From Candidatus Bathyarchaeota archaeon (GTDB lineage: Archaea > Thermoproteota > Bathyarchaeia > Bathyarchaeales > Bathycorpusculaceae), in assembly GCA_963717465.1 (NCBI GenBank), contig OY970340.1, forward strand, positions 1,280,001-1,344,000: a stretch of 64,000 bases of DNA, read 5' to 3'. Position 1 is the first letter of the stretch; each line of letters starts with the position of its first letter. Of this stretch, positions 11,272-21,961 are shown piece after piece. Under the pieces are notes generated by a model. The model worked only from the letters and a program-made list of their open reading frames with translations, made no database searches and was not told where the DNA came from. The translations under genes were made by a program, and so were the position numbers.

Positions 11272-11904
11272 TTGGAGTATTTCATGTCAGCGCTAAACAA
11301 GATCGCCTTCTACCAGAATAGGCGTGATGATGTTCCTAACCAGCAGCTTGCCAAAGAACTTGCGCAAACAGAAAACAAATCAGGCATAGCTGAACTCGCC
11401 AGTAACCTGCAAAACAAGAACAAGAACGTCCAAAGCGATTGCCTCAAGGTTCTGTACGAAATCGGCTACCTTAAACCTGAACTTATCGCTGATTGTGTAT
11501 CTGATTTTTTAGGATTACTTAAGAGTAAGAATAACCGTTTGGTGTGGGGCTCCATGATTGCACTTGCAACAATCGCAGACAAAAAACCAAAAGAAATTTA
11601 CGATAACCTTGAAGATGTTATATCGCATAGTAGATAAGGGACACTTATCACTGTAGTGTGGGGCGTAAAAGCCTTAGCCAAAGTTGCAGCTGCAGACAAA
11701 ACTTACAAACAAAAAATTTTTCCGTTCTTACTCAAACAGCTTAAAAATTGTATTCCACGTGATTTACCTGTTCACGTTGAAAGTATCTTGCCTGCCATTG
11801 ATGACCAAAATAAACAGGAAGTTCTCCGCATCATCGAGGCAAGAAAATCAGAAATGACATCCTCGCAACTTGCAAGGCTAAAGAAGGTTACAAAGAAGAT
11901 TTAG
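11272..11904 (+). CDS. HEAT-repeat-like hypothetical protein, frameshift near 11625
   Basis: ORFs 11272-11637 and 11656-11904 are bridged by frame VDKGTLITVVWGVK; helical repeats, KNNRLVWG. Confidence 0.7.
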
Positions 11905-11906
11905 CC

Positions 11907-12460
11907 TTATTTCTTTGGTTTTTTGTTTTCATCGATTGCTTTCTTGCACAATGCTTTATCGATAATTCTTACGTCTAAGCTGTGTTTTCCTGCGGTTTTT
12001 CTAAGTGCCATTAGAAGTTTTTGATAGTTTGCAGTGGATAACAGGTTAGGCGGCGGGTTACCAAGCAGCGGCTTCCATACTGCTACATCAAGAATGCCGT
12101 ACTGTTTAGGATCAAAAAACGCCAAAATAACACTGGCTAGCACTGGGCTGACTCCTTCAAGCGTTAAGAGGCAGTTCATTCGATAAGCATCATCCGCAGA
12201 TGGCAAATTGAAAACTTTGCTTGAAACGCCTTCCACATTGGCAGGATGTCATTTCGGGCAACCAACTCCAAAGCTCGCTTTTTCTTTTCAGGTTCATCCC
12301 AAAACTTCCATTCAACCACCAAAGCCAAATCATCCAATGTCAAAATCTTGTTTTTGCGAAACCTGGCACCCAGCTCCTGCTCCCTATTCAGTCGCCAACC
12401 CATACTTTTATCGTATTTGCGACTCCAAAGAACAAAATCAGACTTATCCAAAGAAACCAA
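11907..12460 (-). CDS. Helix-hairpin-helix (HhH-GPD glycosylase-like) protein, frameshift near 12240
   Basis: VEWKF, then LEGVSPVLASVILAFFDPKQYGILD; two overlapping ORFs. Confidence 0.6.
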
Positions 12461-12558
12461 CCTTTAAACATGCACGCAAACAAGATAAAGTTTGCATTTT
12501 TTCTTAATCCAAAAAGTCAATCAAAGTTTAAAAATCAAAAATATGGGAATAAGAGGTT

Positions 12559-12683
12559 TTAGTCTTGGTCTACTAAGTGAACTGTTCCGTCTGGACAGTA
12601 GACTTTCTCATCCTTGCCTACACGCCTGTAGCGTTCGTTGCAAAGCGTAATTGGGTGCAACCGTCGCAGTCTCGACTTAGCAT
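12559..12683 (-). CDS. Small four-cysteine protein (~41 aa), one frameshift
   Basis: GGAGG RBS, then MLSRDCDGCTQLR / LCNERYRRVGKDEKVYCPDGTVHLVDQD*. Confidence 0.6.
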
Positions 12684-12918
12684 TTATTCGCCTCCTTGGG
12701 GCATAAGAGATTGCATGCAGAATAACTAATAAGCTTATGTAACATGCACATATACACAAGCATATTTACAATTAAAAACCATGCGAACTGCACGTTTTTA
12801 GGACATGATTATAGTCAGATAAACTTTTGATATGGGTCTAAGATTGCGTTAATGAGTTATTGCATAATTTGTTTAAAACAAGCAGTTGTAGCTAACTTGT
12901 AAGACGCTTAATTCGTTA

Positions 12919-13458
12919 TTAAACAGTCAAAGGCTGATGCTCTAAACGTATTTTCATCCACGTGTACAGAGGTTTACCCATAACGTCCCTTATTTGTTCA
13001 GCAACCTTAAACGGGGACTGAATGAACAATAGCTTGGTTGTATTTTCGCTCTTAGAATGCACTATTACGTTTCCATAGCGAAAAATTCTTCCGCCTAATG
13101 ATTGGTGGACTTCCAAGTCAGAGAATCCGTTAGGCGTGATTACAAAGGAATGCAATGTTATAAGCCCATGCTTAGCTTCCAAGCTGTCTCTTCGCAGAAA
13201 ATAATGGTTTGATAACCATAAAAAAACCAGATGTAAAAGGGAAATTAACCAAGCAACCATAAGCACGATAATAGTCCACGCATAAACTGGCACGCCGATT
13301 AAATTGATGAATGCTACCTGAAAAAACAGTTCAAACCAATAAAACAAGACTATTACAACAAGAAAGGTAATTGAACGCACAATCGTAGATGGCACAATAT
13401 AGGGTTTACCTAACCAAATAACCATCTCAGAAGACAAAAGAGGCTTAGTAGTTGGCAA
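12919..13458 (-). CDS. Membrane protein with bacterial PH (bPH_2) domain
   Basis: Two TM helices, then HQSLGGRIFRYGNVIV. Confidence 0.8.
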   Translation of the reverse strand: MPTTKPLLSSEMVIWLGKPYIVPSTIVRSITFLVVIVLFYWFELFFQVAFINLIGVPVYAWTIIVLMVAWLISLLHLVFLWLSNHYFLRRDSLEAKHGLITLHSFVITPNGFSDLEVHQSLGGRIFRYGNVIVHSKSENTTKLLFIQSPFKVAEQIRDVMGKPLYTWMKIRLEHQPLTV

Positions 13459-13668
13459 AAAAAGCGCCTAAAGAAAAGTAACTTGAAAATAATATTTAGC
13501 GTTTTCCTTTACAGTTTCTATTTCCAGCTGAAATCCTTCCTTAATGAGGAAGGCTGAACGCCTAGAGCCTCAAAAAATCGCATCTGATTGGTTTGACTTA
13601 AAATTCATTTTTCCTTGATTACTACTTCCATTCACCCTACCATACAACTAACCATTAAGCAGCAAAGC

Positions 13669-14391
13669 CTAAGATGCTAATAACAATTTTTGCCAATAAG
13701 TGGAACTAATGTGCGACCAAAAGGCCCTGTACAATGTTTTAGTTAGCGAGTGTTTTTCCGTTTTTTCGGGTTTGCAATTAGGCCAGCATTTTTGGCAGTA
13801 AATTGGTTTGTCGGCTTTTGGCTGAAATGGTACTTGGCATTCAATTCCGCAATTACTGCATACTGCAGTGTAGACTGGTTCCTTATGAAATCGCTTAAAT
13901 AATTGATACTTTTTTAGCTTTGGCCACCCTGTCTTTGCATACACAAGCATCTCTGGATTGTCTTTCAGCCAATGCATCATGTGGAAGAAGCTTTTTCCTC
14001 GTTTTTCTTCTCGTTCAATCAATGGTTCGTAGCCTAAATTGCGTATTTCATCTAAATAGGCGATTTCGGTTAGTCTTTGGGCTTCGCCGACAACTCTGAT
14101 CCGTTTAACTCGGTCTTCGCCGTAAACTTTTCTGAGCTCTTCAGCTGCCACGTCAAAAATGCATCCTTGGCAAATATGTATTGCCTCATCTGGCTGCAAA
14201 TTAAACAAGGAGACAAGCTTTGAGACGATACGCGAAGATTCTTGTAAGTACTCTTTTTCTCGGAATATTTCTTGGTAAAATCGAACATTGATCAAGTCGT
14301 ACTTAAATTCGCCTGTTTCTTCTCGATAAGCGCCCACTACCACTCCCCAAAGCAAGTCACCGCTGCCTGCATCATCGACTATAACCGTCAA
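13669..14391 (-). CDS. RNase HII-like fold protein with C-terminal CxxC-x17-CxxC zinc ribbon
   Basis: N-terminal IVDDAGSGD (compare GIDEAGRG); CSNCG...VPFQP..DKPIYCQKC. Confidence 0.65.
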   Translation of the reverse strand: MTVIVDDAGSGDLLWGVVVGAYREETGEFKYDLINVRFYQEIFREKEYLQESSRIVSKLVSLFNLQPDEAIHICQGCIFDVAAEELRKVYGEDRVKRIRVVGEAQRLTEIAYLDEIRNLGYEPLIEREEKRGKSFFHMMHWLKDNPEMLVYAKTGWPKLKKYQLFKRFHKEPVYTAVCSNCGIECQVPFQPKADKPIYCQKCWPNCKPEKTEKHSLTKTLYRAFWSHISSTYWQKLLLAS

Positions 14392-14574
14392 CTACTAAAT
14401 TCCCCTCTATGTCAGCCAACCAATTTAAGTACATGTATAAAAATAGTTCCACTGAAAAGAAACAAAAACACCATTAAATCTCACAAACAAGTATTCTCAG
14501 TATTCTGTAATCTTGAATAATAATATACAATTAAATAAAGTAGTTTATCCTAAGGCCCAGACAAATCATCTGTT

Positions 14575-14597
14575 TTTGCCCGATTTCTTCGGGCAAA
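14575..14597. promoter_or_regulatory. Perfect 9-5-9 inverted repeat upstream of sufC
   Basis: TTTGCCCGA-TTTCT-TCGGGCAAA, abutting the AT-rich promoter element. Confidence 0.5.
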
Positions 14598-14625
14598 GTT
14601 TATTTCTGATAAAAACAATGGCATT

Positions 14626-15374
14626 ATGTTTATGAATATATTAGAAACTGAGAACTTGTCAGTTAAAGTTGAGAATAAGCTGATCTTAAAAGACGTGAAT
14701 TTCAGCTTGAAAGCTGGCGTTAGTCACATTCTTTTTGGACCTAACGGTTCAGGGAAAACAACGCTTATCAGTACGCTTATGGGGCTTCCAGGATACGAGG
14801 TTGTTTCGGGAAAAATACTTTTCACTGGCATAGATATAACCAGCAAAAGCTGTTGAAGAAAGAGCAAAACTGGGTATGGTTGTAAGTTTCCAGAATCCTC
14901 CAGAAATAACTGGTGTAAAGCTTGGTGACCTGCTTAAGCTTTGTTTGGGTAAATCTTCAACTGATGAATTCAACTATGGAAGAGAAGAGAATGATTGATA
15001 TTTTTAGGCTTAACGACTTTTTGGGTAGAGACATAAATGTTGGTTTTTCTGGAGGAGAGCGGAAACGCAGTGAGATACTTCAACTTATTTTCCTTAAACC
15101 AAAACTTATGCTTCTTGATGAACCTGACAGTGGCGTAGATGTTGAGAGTCTTAAGCTTATTGCATCGGAAATTCAACGCTATGTGGAAGGCTCAAAGAGT
15201 TCAGCGTTGATTATTACGCATAAAGGCGATATTCTGGAATATGTGAAAGCTGAGTATGGCTGCATTTTGCTTGATGGCCAATTCTACTGCTACAAAGACC
15301 CAAGCGGAATATACAATGATATTAAAAAACAGGGCTACGAGGGATGTGTAGCCTGTCGACACAGGGTGATATAA
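14626..15374 (+). CDS. sufC: Fe-S assembly ATPase SufC/SmsC, two frameshifts (~14848, ~14975)
   Basis: GPNGSGKT, FQNPPEITGV, INVGFSGGERKRSE, LDEPDSGVD, C-terminal CVAC. Confidence 0.92.
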
Positions 15375-16507
15375 TGAGTAAGGAAAACGAATTAACCCAA
15401 ATTCCTCATAGGATTCTTGAAGAAGCACAGAAAGCCGGGATAGAATCTGAGGAGAAAAATCGTTCCGGAACCTTTTTCCACTTAAACCAGGAAACCATTG
15501 CATCAAAGGTTAACGAGCTGTATGAAGGCAAAATTGAACTGATGGATGTCAAAGCTGCACTGCGAAAATATTCTTGGCTTGAAGGTCACATGTGGAAATT
15601 AGTCGACAAAAACAAGGATGAATTCACTAAAAAAGTAGCTGAAGACTACAGCGGTGGCTACTTCATGCGTATTCTTCCAGGAGCTGAAATAGCTTTTCCA
15701 CTTCAGTCATGTTTAATGATAACTCAGAGTAACTTGGAGCAGCGTATTCATAATATTATCATTGCTGAAGAAGACTCAAAAGCACATATAATTACAAGTT
15801 GCGTTCAGCATTCCACTGTTCCAAACGCATCCCATCTGGGCATTTCAGAGATTTTCGTTAAGAAAAACGCAATGCTCAACTTCACGATGATTCATCAATG
15901 GAGCGAGAACACACTAGTACGCCCCAGAAGTGCTGCTATAGTGGAGGATAAGGCGACCTTTGTTTCAAACTATGTCTGTATGCGTCCAGTTAGAGATGTG
16001 CAAATGTACCCTGCAGCTTACTGTGTAGGTGAAGACTCTCGAGTGAGCTTTAACAGTATACTTTATGGACAAAAAAACAGTCAACTCGATATTGGCTCCA
16101 AGGCAGTGCTCACAGGCAAAGGCAGCAAAGCAGAAATGATAAGCCGTGCCATCGCACGCGAAGGCTCCAAAATGATTATTCGAGGCTTGATCGATGGCGA
16201 CAATGCGGATTGCAAAGGACATTTAGAATGCCGCGGCTTGCTTATGGATGACAAGTCGCTAATGCAGTCAATTCCAGAGCTTATCGCTAAGAAAAAAGGC
16301 GTAGAAATTACACATGAAGCGGCGGTTGGCAAGATTAGCGAGAAAGAAATTATCTACCTGATGACACGAAAACTATCGCGGGACCAAGCAGTTTCACTGA
16401 TTATTCGAGGCTTCATGGACGTAGGAATTTTAGGTTTACCCGAGGCATTAAATAAAGAAATCAAAACAATAATTGACGAGCTCCACAGAAACTTCTATAA
16501 CAATTAA
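15374..16507 (+). CDS. sufB: Fe-S assembly scaffold SufB/SmsB
   Basis: PLQSCL, FTMIHQW, KGHLECRGL, THEAAVGKI, YLMTR, IIRGF; ATG overlaps the sufC stop. Confidence 0.93.
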   Translation: MSKENELTQIPHRILEEAQKAGIESEEKNRSGTFFHLNQETIASKVNELYEGKIELMDVKAALRKYSWLEGHMWKLVDKNKDEFTKKVAEDYSGGYFMRILPGAEIAFPLQSCLMITQSNLEQRIHNIIIAEEDSKAHIITSCVQHSTVPNASHLGISEIFVKKNAMLNFTMIHQWSENTLVRPRSAAIVEDKATFVSNYVCMRPVRDVQMYPAAYCVGEDSRVSFNSILYGQKNSQLDIGSKAVLTGKGSKAEMISRAIAREGSKMIIRGLIDGDNADCKGHLECRGLLMDDKSLMQSIPELIAKKKGVEITHEAAVGKISEKEIIYLMTRKLSRDQAVSLIIRGFMDVGILGLPEALNKEIKTIIDELHRNFYNN

Positions 16508-16521
16508 AAGATCAAGAAAGG

Positions 16522-16720
16522 ATGTACAGCCTTTTAATCTTAGTTTCTGGTACGATTCACAAAAGAAAGGAACAACTTAAGCGAAGATTCAGAGGGCTGA
16601 AATTCCATTTAGAACTTGAAGAGTTTCAGGCTGCCCTTGAAAAAATTTTTGGTGACGGAGTCCGTTGTAATGAAATTTCGATTACGATAAACATTTTCTA
16701 AAATTGGTCTGTCAATCATG
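16522..16720 (+). pseudogene. Degraded DUF3227-like signalling-associated small protein
   Basis: Fragments RAEIPFR / LEEFQAALEKIFGDGV / FSKIGL lie in different frames, just upstream of a response regulator. Confidence 0.4.
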
Positions 16721-16896
16721 GTTGAAAGTGAAAAAAGCTCTAATTTATACCTATTTGAATGCGCTAGGGAACTTTTTTAGAAAAAATAGTTTCTTTCGTA
16801 CTATTTGTAAATTCATATCATGAATTCATAAAGGCTTTATCAGTAGACTTAGATTTCAAAGTTAGGAATGTTGAAAGTTAAGGGTGAAAAGGAAGA

Positions 16897-17365
16897 ATGT
16901 CTGAAGTCGCTAAAATACTCTTAATTGATGATGATGAAAATATTACGGAGCGTTCTTGAGACAATACTTACAGATGAGGGGTACAGTGTTAAGCCTGTTG
17001 GAACCGCAAAATTAGGTATAGAGGCAAGTGAAAAAGCCTTTTTCAATTTAGCGTTAATCGATGTTCGTTTGCCTGACATGGAAGGAATAGAACTTCTTTC
17101 AAAGCTGCGTAAAACTAAACCTAAGATGCGAAAAATTATTGTTACTGGTTACCCGACTCTTCAAAACGCTGTTGAAGCTGTAAACAAAGGTGCTGATGCC
17201 TACGTTATGAAGCCGTTTGAAGTTGAAAAAATTCTCGTAACCATAAAAGAACAATTGGCAAAGCAACAGGAAGAAAAGAAGTACAGCGAAGCAAAACGTC
17301 GTTGAATTTATTGAAACGCGAATTAAAGAGTTAGAGACAACTGGACGGCCAGTCTGCCAGCTAAA
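16897..17365 (+). CDS. Stand-alone response regulator (REC), frameshifts near 16943 and 17297; end approximate
   Basis: MSEVAKILLIDDDENI / ALIDVRLPDMEG, IIVTGY, YVMKPF / VVEFIETRIKELE. Confidence 0.88.
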
Positions 17366-17566
17366 AGGTGAAATTAAAACCAAAAAACTTGCAATAATTT
17401 TCTATTTTTTGAGTTAAAGAATTTTTACGTTTTAGATATATATCTTTTTTTCCAAACAAAGACTGCTTGCTAGTTTTTTTATTTCTTAAATTTTGTTTAT
17501 TCTCTCCGTTAAAATTTTTTGTCTTGAACGCATATTTTTAAGATTTATGTATAAACAGCTTATTAA

Positions 17567-17614
17567 GCTCTAAATGTAGTGTGTTTACTTGCTTGTCGGC
17601 ACTATAAACAAAAC
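17567..17614 (+). promoter_or_regulatory. NrdR box plus a degenerate second box 32 bp downstream
   Basis: GCTCTAAATGTAGTGT (17567-17582) matches acaCwAtATaTwGtgt; GCACTATAAACAAAAC (17599-17614) matches only the left half. Confidence 0.65.
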
Positions 17615-17635
17615 TGAAGCGTGGGTTGTTAAGGC

Positions 17636-18082
17636 ATGAAATGTCCCTATTGTGGCTCTGAAAATTTCAAAACGTTGGAGACACGCGATTCCCCAGAGAA
17701 CACTACGCGTAGACGGAAAGAGTGCATCAGTTGCAGTAAGCGCTTTACAACTTACGAGTACTTGGAAACTATAGAGTTTATGGTGAAAAAGAAAGATGGT
17801 AAGCTTGAGCGTTTTGACGTTAACAAGATAATTCGAGGTCTACAAAAAGCGTGTGAAAAAAGACCTGTAACTATGAATCAAATCAACGAGTTAGCAGCCC
17901 TTGTGCGGCAAGACCTCATGATTAAAGGTGCAGAAGAAGTTGCGTCTCAAGAAATCGGGGATTTAGTAATGAAATACCTTAAAAAAATTGATAGAATAGC
18001 GTACATCCGATTTGCCTCAGTTTATAAAGAATTTGAGGAGCCTGAAGATTTCAGGCGGTTATTGCTTGAGGTGAAAAAATGA
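17636..18082 (+). CDS. nrdR: Transcriptional repressor NrdR
   Basis: MKCPYCG..TRD..RRRKEC..CSKRFTTYE zinc ribbon, ATP cone, AYIRFASVY. Confidence 0.97.
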   Translation: MKCPYCGSENFKTLETRDSPENTTRRRKECISCSKRFTTYEYLETIEFMVKKKDGKLERFDVNKIIRGLQKACEKRPVTMNQINELAALVRQDLMIKGAEEVASQEIGDLVMKYLKKIDRIAYIRFASVYKEFEEPEDFRRLLLEVKK

Positions 18083-20211
18083 AATATGTATTAAAAAGAG
18101 ATAGTAAACTAGAACAATTCGATCAAGAAAGAATTACAACCGCCATTTGGAAAGCGGCTAAAGCCGTTGGCGGAAAAGATAAAGAGCAAGCGAAAAGAAT
18201 AAGCGACGAGGTAGTTGTTGAGCTTCACAAACGCTTCGGCGAAGACGGAGTGCCTACTGTTGAAGAAATTCAAGATATCGTTGAAAAACGGTTAATTGAA
18301 AATGGACATGCACAGACAGCTAAAGCCTACATCCTTTACAGAAAGCAGCATAATGATATGCGTGAGTTAGCTGCACTTTTAAGCTCTGCAGATATGGTGG
18401 ACCAGTACCTTGAGGTCGAGGACTGGCGTGTTAAAGAGAACTCGAACATGAGTTATTCACTTCAGGGTTTAAACAATTATTTATCATCAACTGTTATAGC
18501 GAAATACTGGATATCCCGAATTTACCCATCGAATATTGCTGACGCCCACTTTTCAGGCGACATTCATATCCATGACTTAGGCGTTCTTGGACCATACTGT
18601 GTTGGCTGGGATTTAAGCGACCTACTACTTTCAGGATTCGGCGGCGTCTCGGGAAAAATTGAAAGCAAACCAGCAAAGCATTTCCGCACAGCTTTAGGTC
18701 AAGTTGTGAATTTCTTCTATACGCTGCAAGGTGAAGCTGCAGGCGCTCAAGCATTCAGCAACTTTGACACTTATCTTGCACCATTCATACGGTACGATAA
18801 CTTAAACCAAAAAGAAGTGGAACAGGCACTGCAAGAATTCTTTTTCAACATGAATGTTCCAACAAGAGTTGGTTTTCAAACACCATTCACGAATTTAACT
18901 TTGGATTTAACAGTTCCAGACTTCATGAAGAACGAGGCAGTTCTCTACAACGGTAAACTTGCTCCTGACACGTACGCTGACATGTCTAAAGAGATGGAAA
19001 TGTTCAATTCAGCTTTCGCAGAAGTCATGCTTCAGGGAGATTCTAAAGGCAGAGTCTTCACTTTCCCAATACCCACCTACAATATCACCAAAGATTTTGA
19101 TTGGGATCAAAAGTTGCAAAAGGAATCTTTGAAGTAACAGCCAAGTACGGCGTGCCCTACTTCTCAAACTTCATCAATAGCGACATGAAACCAGAAGATG
19201 TTCGAAGCATGTGTTGCCGCCTTAGAATAGACAACCGTGAACTGCGCAAACGAGGCGGTGGATTCTTCGGCGCTAATCCACTCACAGGCAGCATAGGCGT
19301 AGTTACTCTGAACATTCCAAGAATTGGCTACCTATCAAAGAACGAAGACGAATTCTTCGAACGCCTAGGAAATGTTATGGACGTTGCTAAATCAAGTTTG
19401 GAAATTAAACGTAAGATGCTTGAAGCATTTACCGACAATGGTCTTTACCCCTATTCACGACATTACCTACGCCACATTAAAGAAGGCTATGGAAAATACT
19501 GGAAGAACCACTTCGCAACCATAGGTGTAGTCGGAGTAAACGAAGGCGTCATTAACCTGTTAGGCCAAAATATTGCTACAAAAGAGGGGCAGAACTTTGC
19601 AGTTAAAATGCTCACTTTCATGCGCAATCGCTTATCAGACTATCCAAGGGGAAACAGGAAACATCTACAATCTTGAAGCAACACCCGCAGAGGGGACATC
19701 TTATCGCCTTGCACGCATCGATAAACGCCGATACCCAGCTATAATTATGGCAAACCAAAAACAGGTGATAGCAAATCATGCAGAGCCATTCTACACTAAC
19801 TCTTCACAGTTACCAGTAGATTATAACGGCGACTTGTTTGAAGCATTGGAGCACCAGGAAAGCCTTCAAACACTGTACACGGGAGGAACAGTATTCCATA
19901 TTTTCCTTGGCGAACGACTGCATTCTTGGCAATCAGCTGCTGAATTAATCAAGAAAGTCGCGTATAATTCCCATTTACCATACTTCACGTTAACGCCTAC
20001 ATTCAGTATTTGCCCGACACATGGTTACACAAGCGGTGAACATTCACAATGTCCAATCTGTGGTTCAAAAAGCGAAATCTACTCTCGAGTTGTCGGCTAC
20101 TTAAGACCAGTTGACCAATGGAACGATGGAAAACAAGCAGAATTCTCAATACGCAAAACCTTCGACAAATCAACCATGATGAATACCGTACCTATGCCCA
20201 TTTCAACTTAA
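18079..20211 (+). CDS. nrdD: Class III anaerobic ribonucleoside-triphosphate reductase, two frameshifts (~19110, ~19645)
   Basis: ATP cone, HIHDL, PYCVGW, FTFPIPT, SMCCRL, NLEATPAEG, CxxH/CxxC, glycyl radical motif YSRVVGYLRP. Confidence 0.96.
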
Positions 20212-20224
20212 GTGAGCCTGAAAA

Positions 20225-20902
20225 ATGAAGTTCTGCGGCATCCAAAAAACCAGCTTAATAGATTACCCTTCCAAAGTAGCTAGTGTACTATTTACGCCAG
20301 GCTGCAACTTGCGGTGCCCGTTTTGCTACAACTGGCGAATAGCAGTCGACCCTCAACCGCCTTTCTTGCAGGAAGCAGTTGCATTAGAAATTCTTGAAAG
20401 CCGCAAGAAATATGTTGATGCTGTTGTGGTTACAGGCGGGGAGCCATGCATGAATAAAGATTTACCAAAGTTATTAGCGAAGCTTAAGGAGCGTGATTTT
20501 TTGGTTAAGCTCGACACAAACGGGTTCTATCCAGACGTGCTGGAAGAATGTTTAGGAACCGTAGATTACGTGGCAATGGATGTTAAGACAAGTGCTGATA
20601 AATACAAGCTGGTGGGTGCTAAGGACACGACTGGGTTCATGAAGAGCATTGAAATGCTGAAAACAGGCAAAGTACCATACGAGTTTCGAACCACGGTTGC
20701 TCCAGAAATTATAACCGCTCAAGACATCGTACGCATTGGCGAAATGGTAAAGGAAGCAAAAACATTCGCTCTACAACAGTTTATTCAAAAAGACACTTTG
20801 GAAAAAAGATTTGAAACACTCACGCCCTACACTCCAGAAACCATCAAAGAGTTCGCTGAAGTGCTGAAGAAATATTCAGAGCAAGTGATTTTACGCATTT
20901 AG
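20225..20902 (+). CDS. nrdG: Anaerobic RNR activating radical SAM protein
   Basis: SLIDYP, GCNLRCPFCYN, TGGEP, KLDTNG, EFRTT. Confidence 0.95.
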   Translation: MKFCGIQKTSLIDYPSKVASVLFTPGCNLRCPFCYNWRIAVDPQPPFLQEAVALEILESRKKYVDAVVVTGGEPCMNKDLPKLLAKLKERDFLVKLDTNGFYPDVLEECLGTVDYVAMDVKTSADKYKLVGAKDTTGFMKSIEMLKTGKVPYEFRTTVAPEIITAQDIVRIGEMVKEAKTFALQQFIQKDTLEKRFETLTPYTPETIKEFAEVLKKYSEQVILRI

Positions 20903-21109
20903 CAAAGTCGCAGGTCAGAGCTTGTCCTAAGCTATCTCGCAAAACTTATTTTGTCGATTCTTTTCTTTTTTTGAAGTTATTAATTTGAATATACTGAAAA
21001 TTTTACGGTTGACCATTTCCAAATCCTCAAGCATGGACTTTGCAATAACAAGGAAAGTCACTATCAATGATCGACTTGGCGGGTTTTTGGCTTCTTTCTG
21101 TTTGAATTA

Positions 21110-21961
21110 TTAGCTTCTCATTGCTCTCAAAGCTGCGACATTATTCAAAACGTTGGTTCTTCCATTTGTAGGTCGTAGTTCTAAAACCAAGTTTCGTAAC
21201 CTCGATTTGTCAATAGTTCCAAATACTCTATGAAAGTTGATATTGCCTTTACCCATTGGAAGATGCTGGTCCCCAAATTTACCGTCTTCTGTTCCTTGTA
21301 TGCCAAAGTTGTCGTGAACGTGCATGTGAACCATATAAGGTTGCAGTAGCGTTACAAAATCCAAAATGTCAAATCCATACAAGTTTGCAGCTAGATTGGC
21401 GTGGCCGACATCGAAGCAGAATTTTAGATTTTCTTCTCCTACAACTTCGATGACCGTGAGGACTTCATTGGGCAATATGCCTATTCTGCCATTTTTGTTT
21501 TCTCTGGCCAGGTTCTCGATTAACAATACAACCGAATACTCATAAGCTCGTTTTGTAAGCTTTTTAAGGTTAGCTAATATGTTTGAGCAAGATTTTTTGT
21601 AATCACTGCCAACCTTGTCCCCGTGCATAACTATGTACTTGGCGTTCAAGTGATTCGCTATTTTGAAGACGTTCTCCATGATTTGGTAGTTCCTCTTGCA
21701 TTTTACACCTAAATCAACTTTGTTTCCATTCCACGCAGTGGTTGTAGGTCCATGGATCGAGAATTCGTTTCCAAGGGAAGCTAGGTTTTCAAGCAATTTG
21801 AAATTGACCTCGCCATTTTTCAGAATTCCAGTTTCGTTTATGCCTATCTCTATTAGCTCTACTTCTTTTGCTAGGATGGGGCCATTAGAAATTTCTTTTA
21901 TCATTCTTGAATTAATTCCAACTTTTAGGTTAGAATTCAAGATACATTGAAGCTGTTGCAT
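21110..21961 (-). CDS. Xylose isomerase-like / AP endonuclease 2 TIM-barrel protein
   Basis: SIHGP, IEN, CFDVGHA, HMHVHDN, DQHLPMGKG, VLE. Confidence 0.88.
   Translation of the reverse strand: MQQLQCILNSNLKVGINSRMIKEISNGPILAKEVELIEIGINETGILKNGEVNFKLLENLASLGNEFSIHGPTTTAWNGNKVDLGVKCKRNYQIMENVFKIANHLNAKYIVMHGDKVGSDYKKSCSNILANLKKLTKRAYEYSVVLLIENLARENKNGRIGILPNEVLTVIEVVGEENLKFCFDVGHANLAANLYGFDILDFVTLLQPYMVHMHVHDNFGIQGTEDGKFGDQHLPMGKGNINFHRVFGTIDKSRLRNLVLELRPTNGRTNVLNNVAALRAMRS

Noticed and set aside
18079..20211. Split nrdD, intein or programmed frameshifting
   Set aside because: Fragments join by single-base corrections, there is no intein-sized insert, and similar indels affect many unrelated genes
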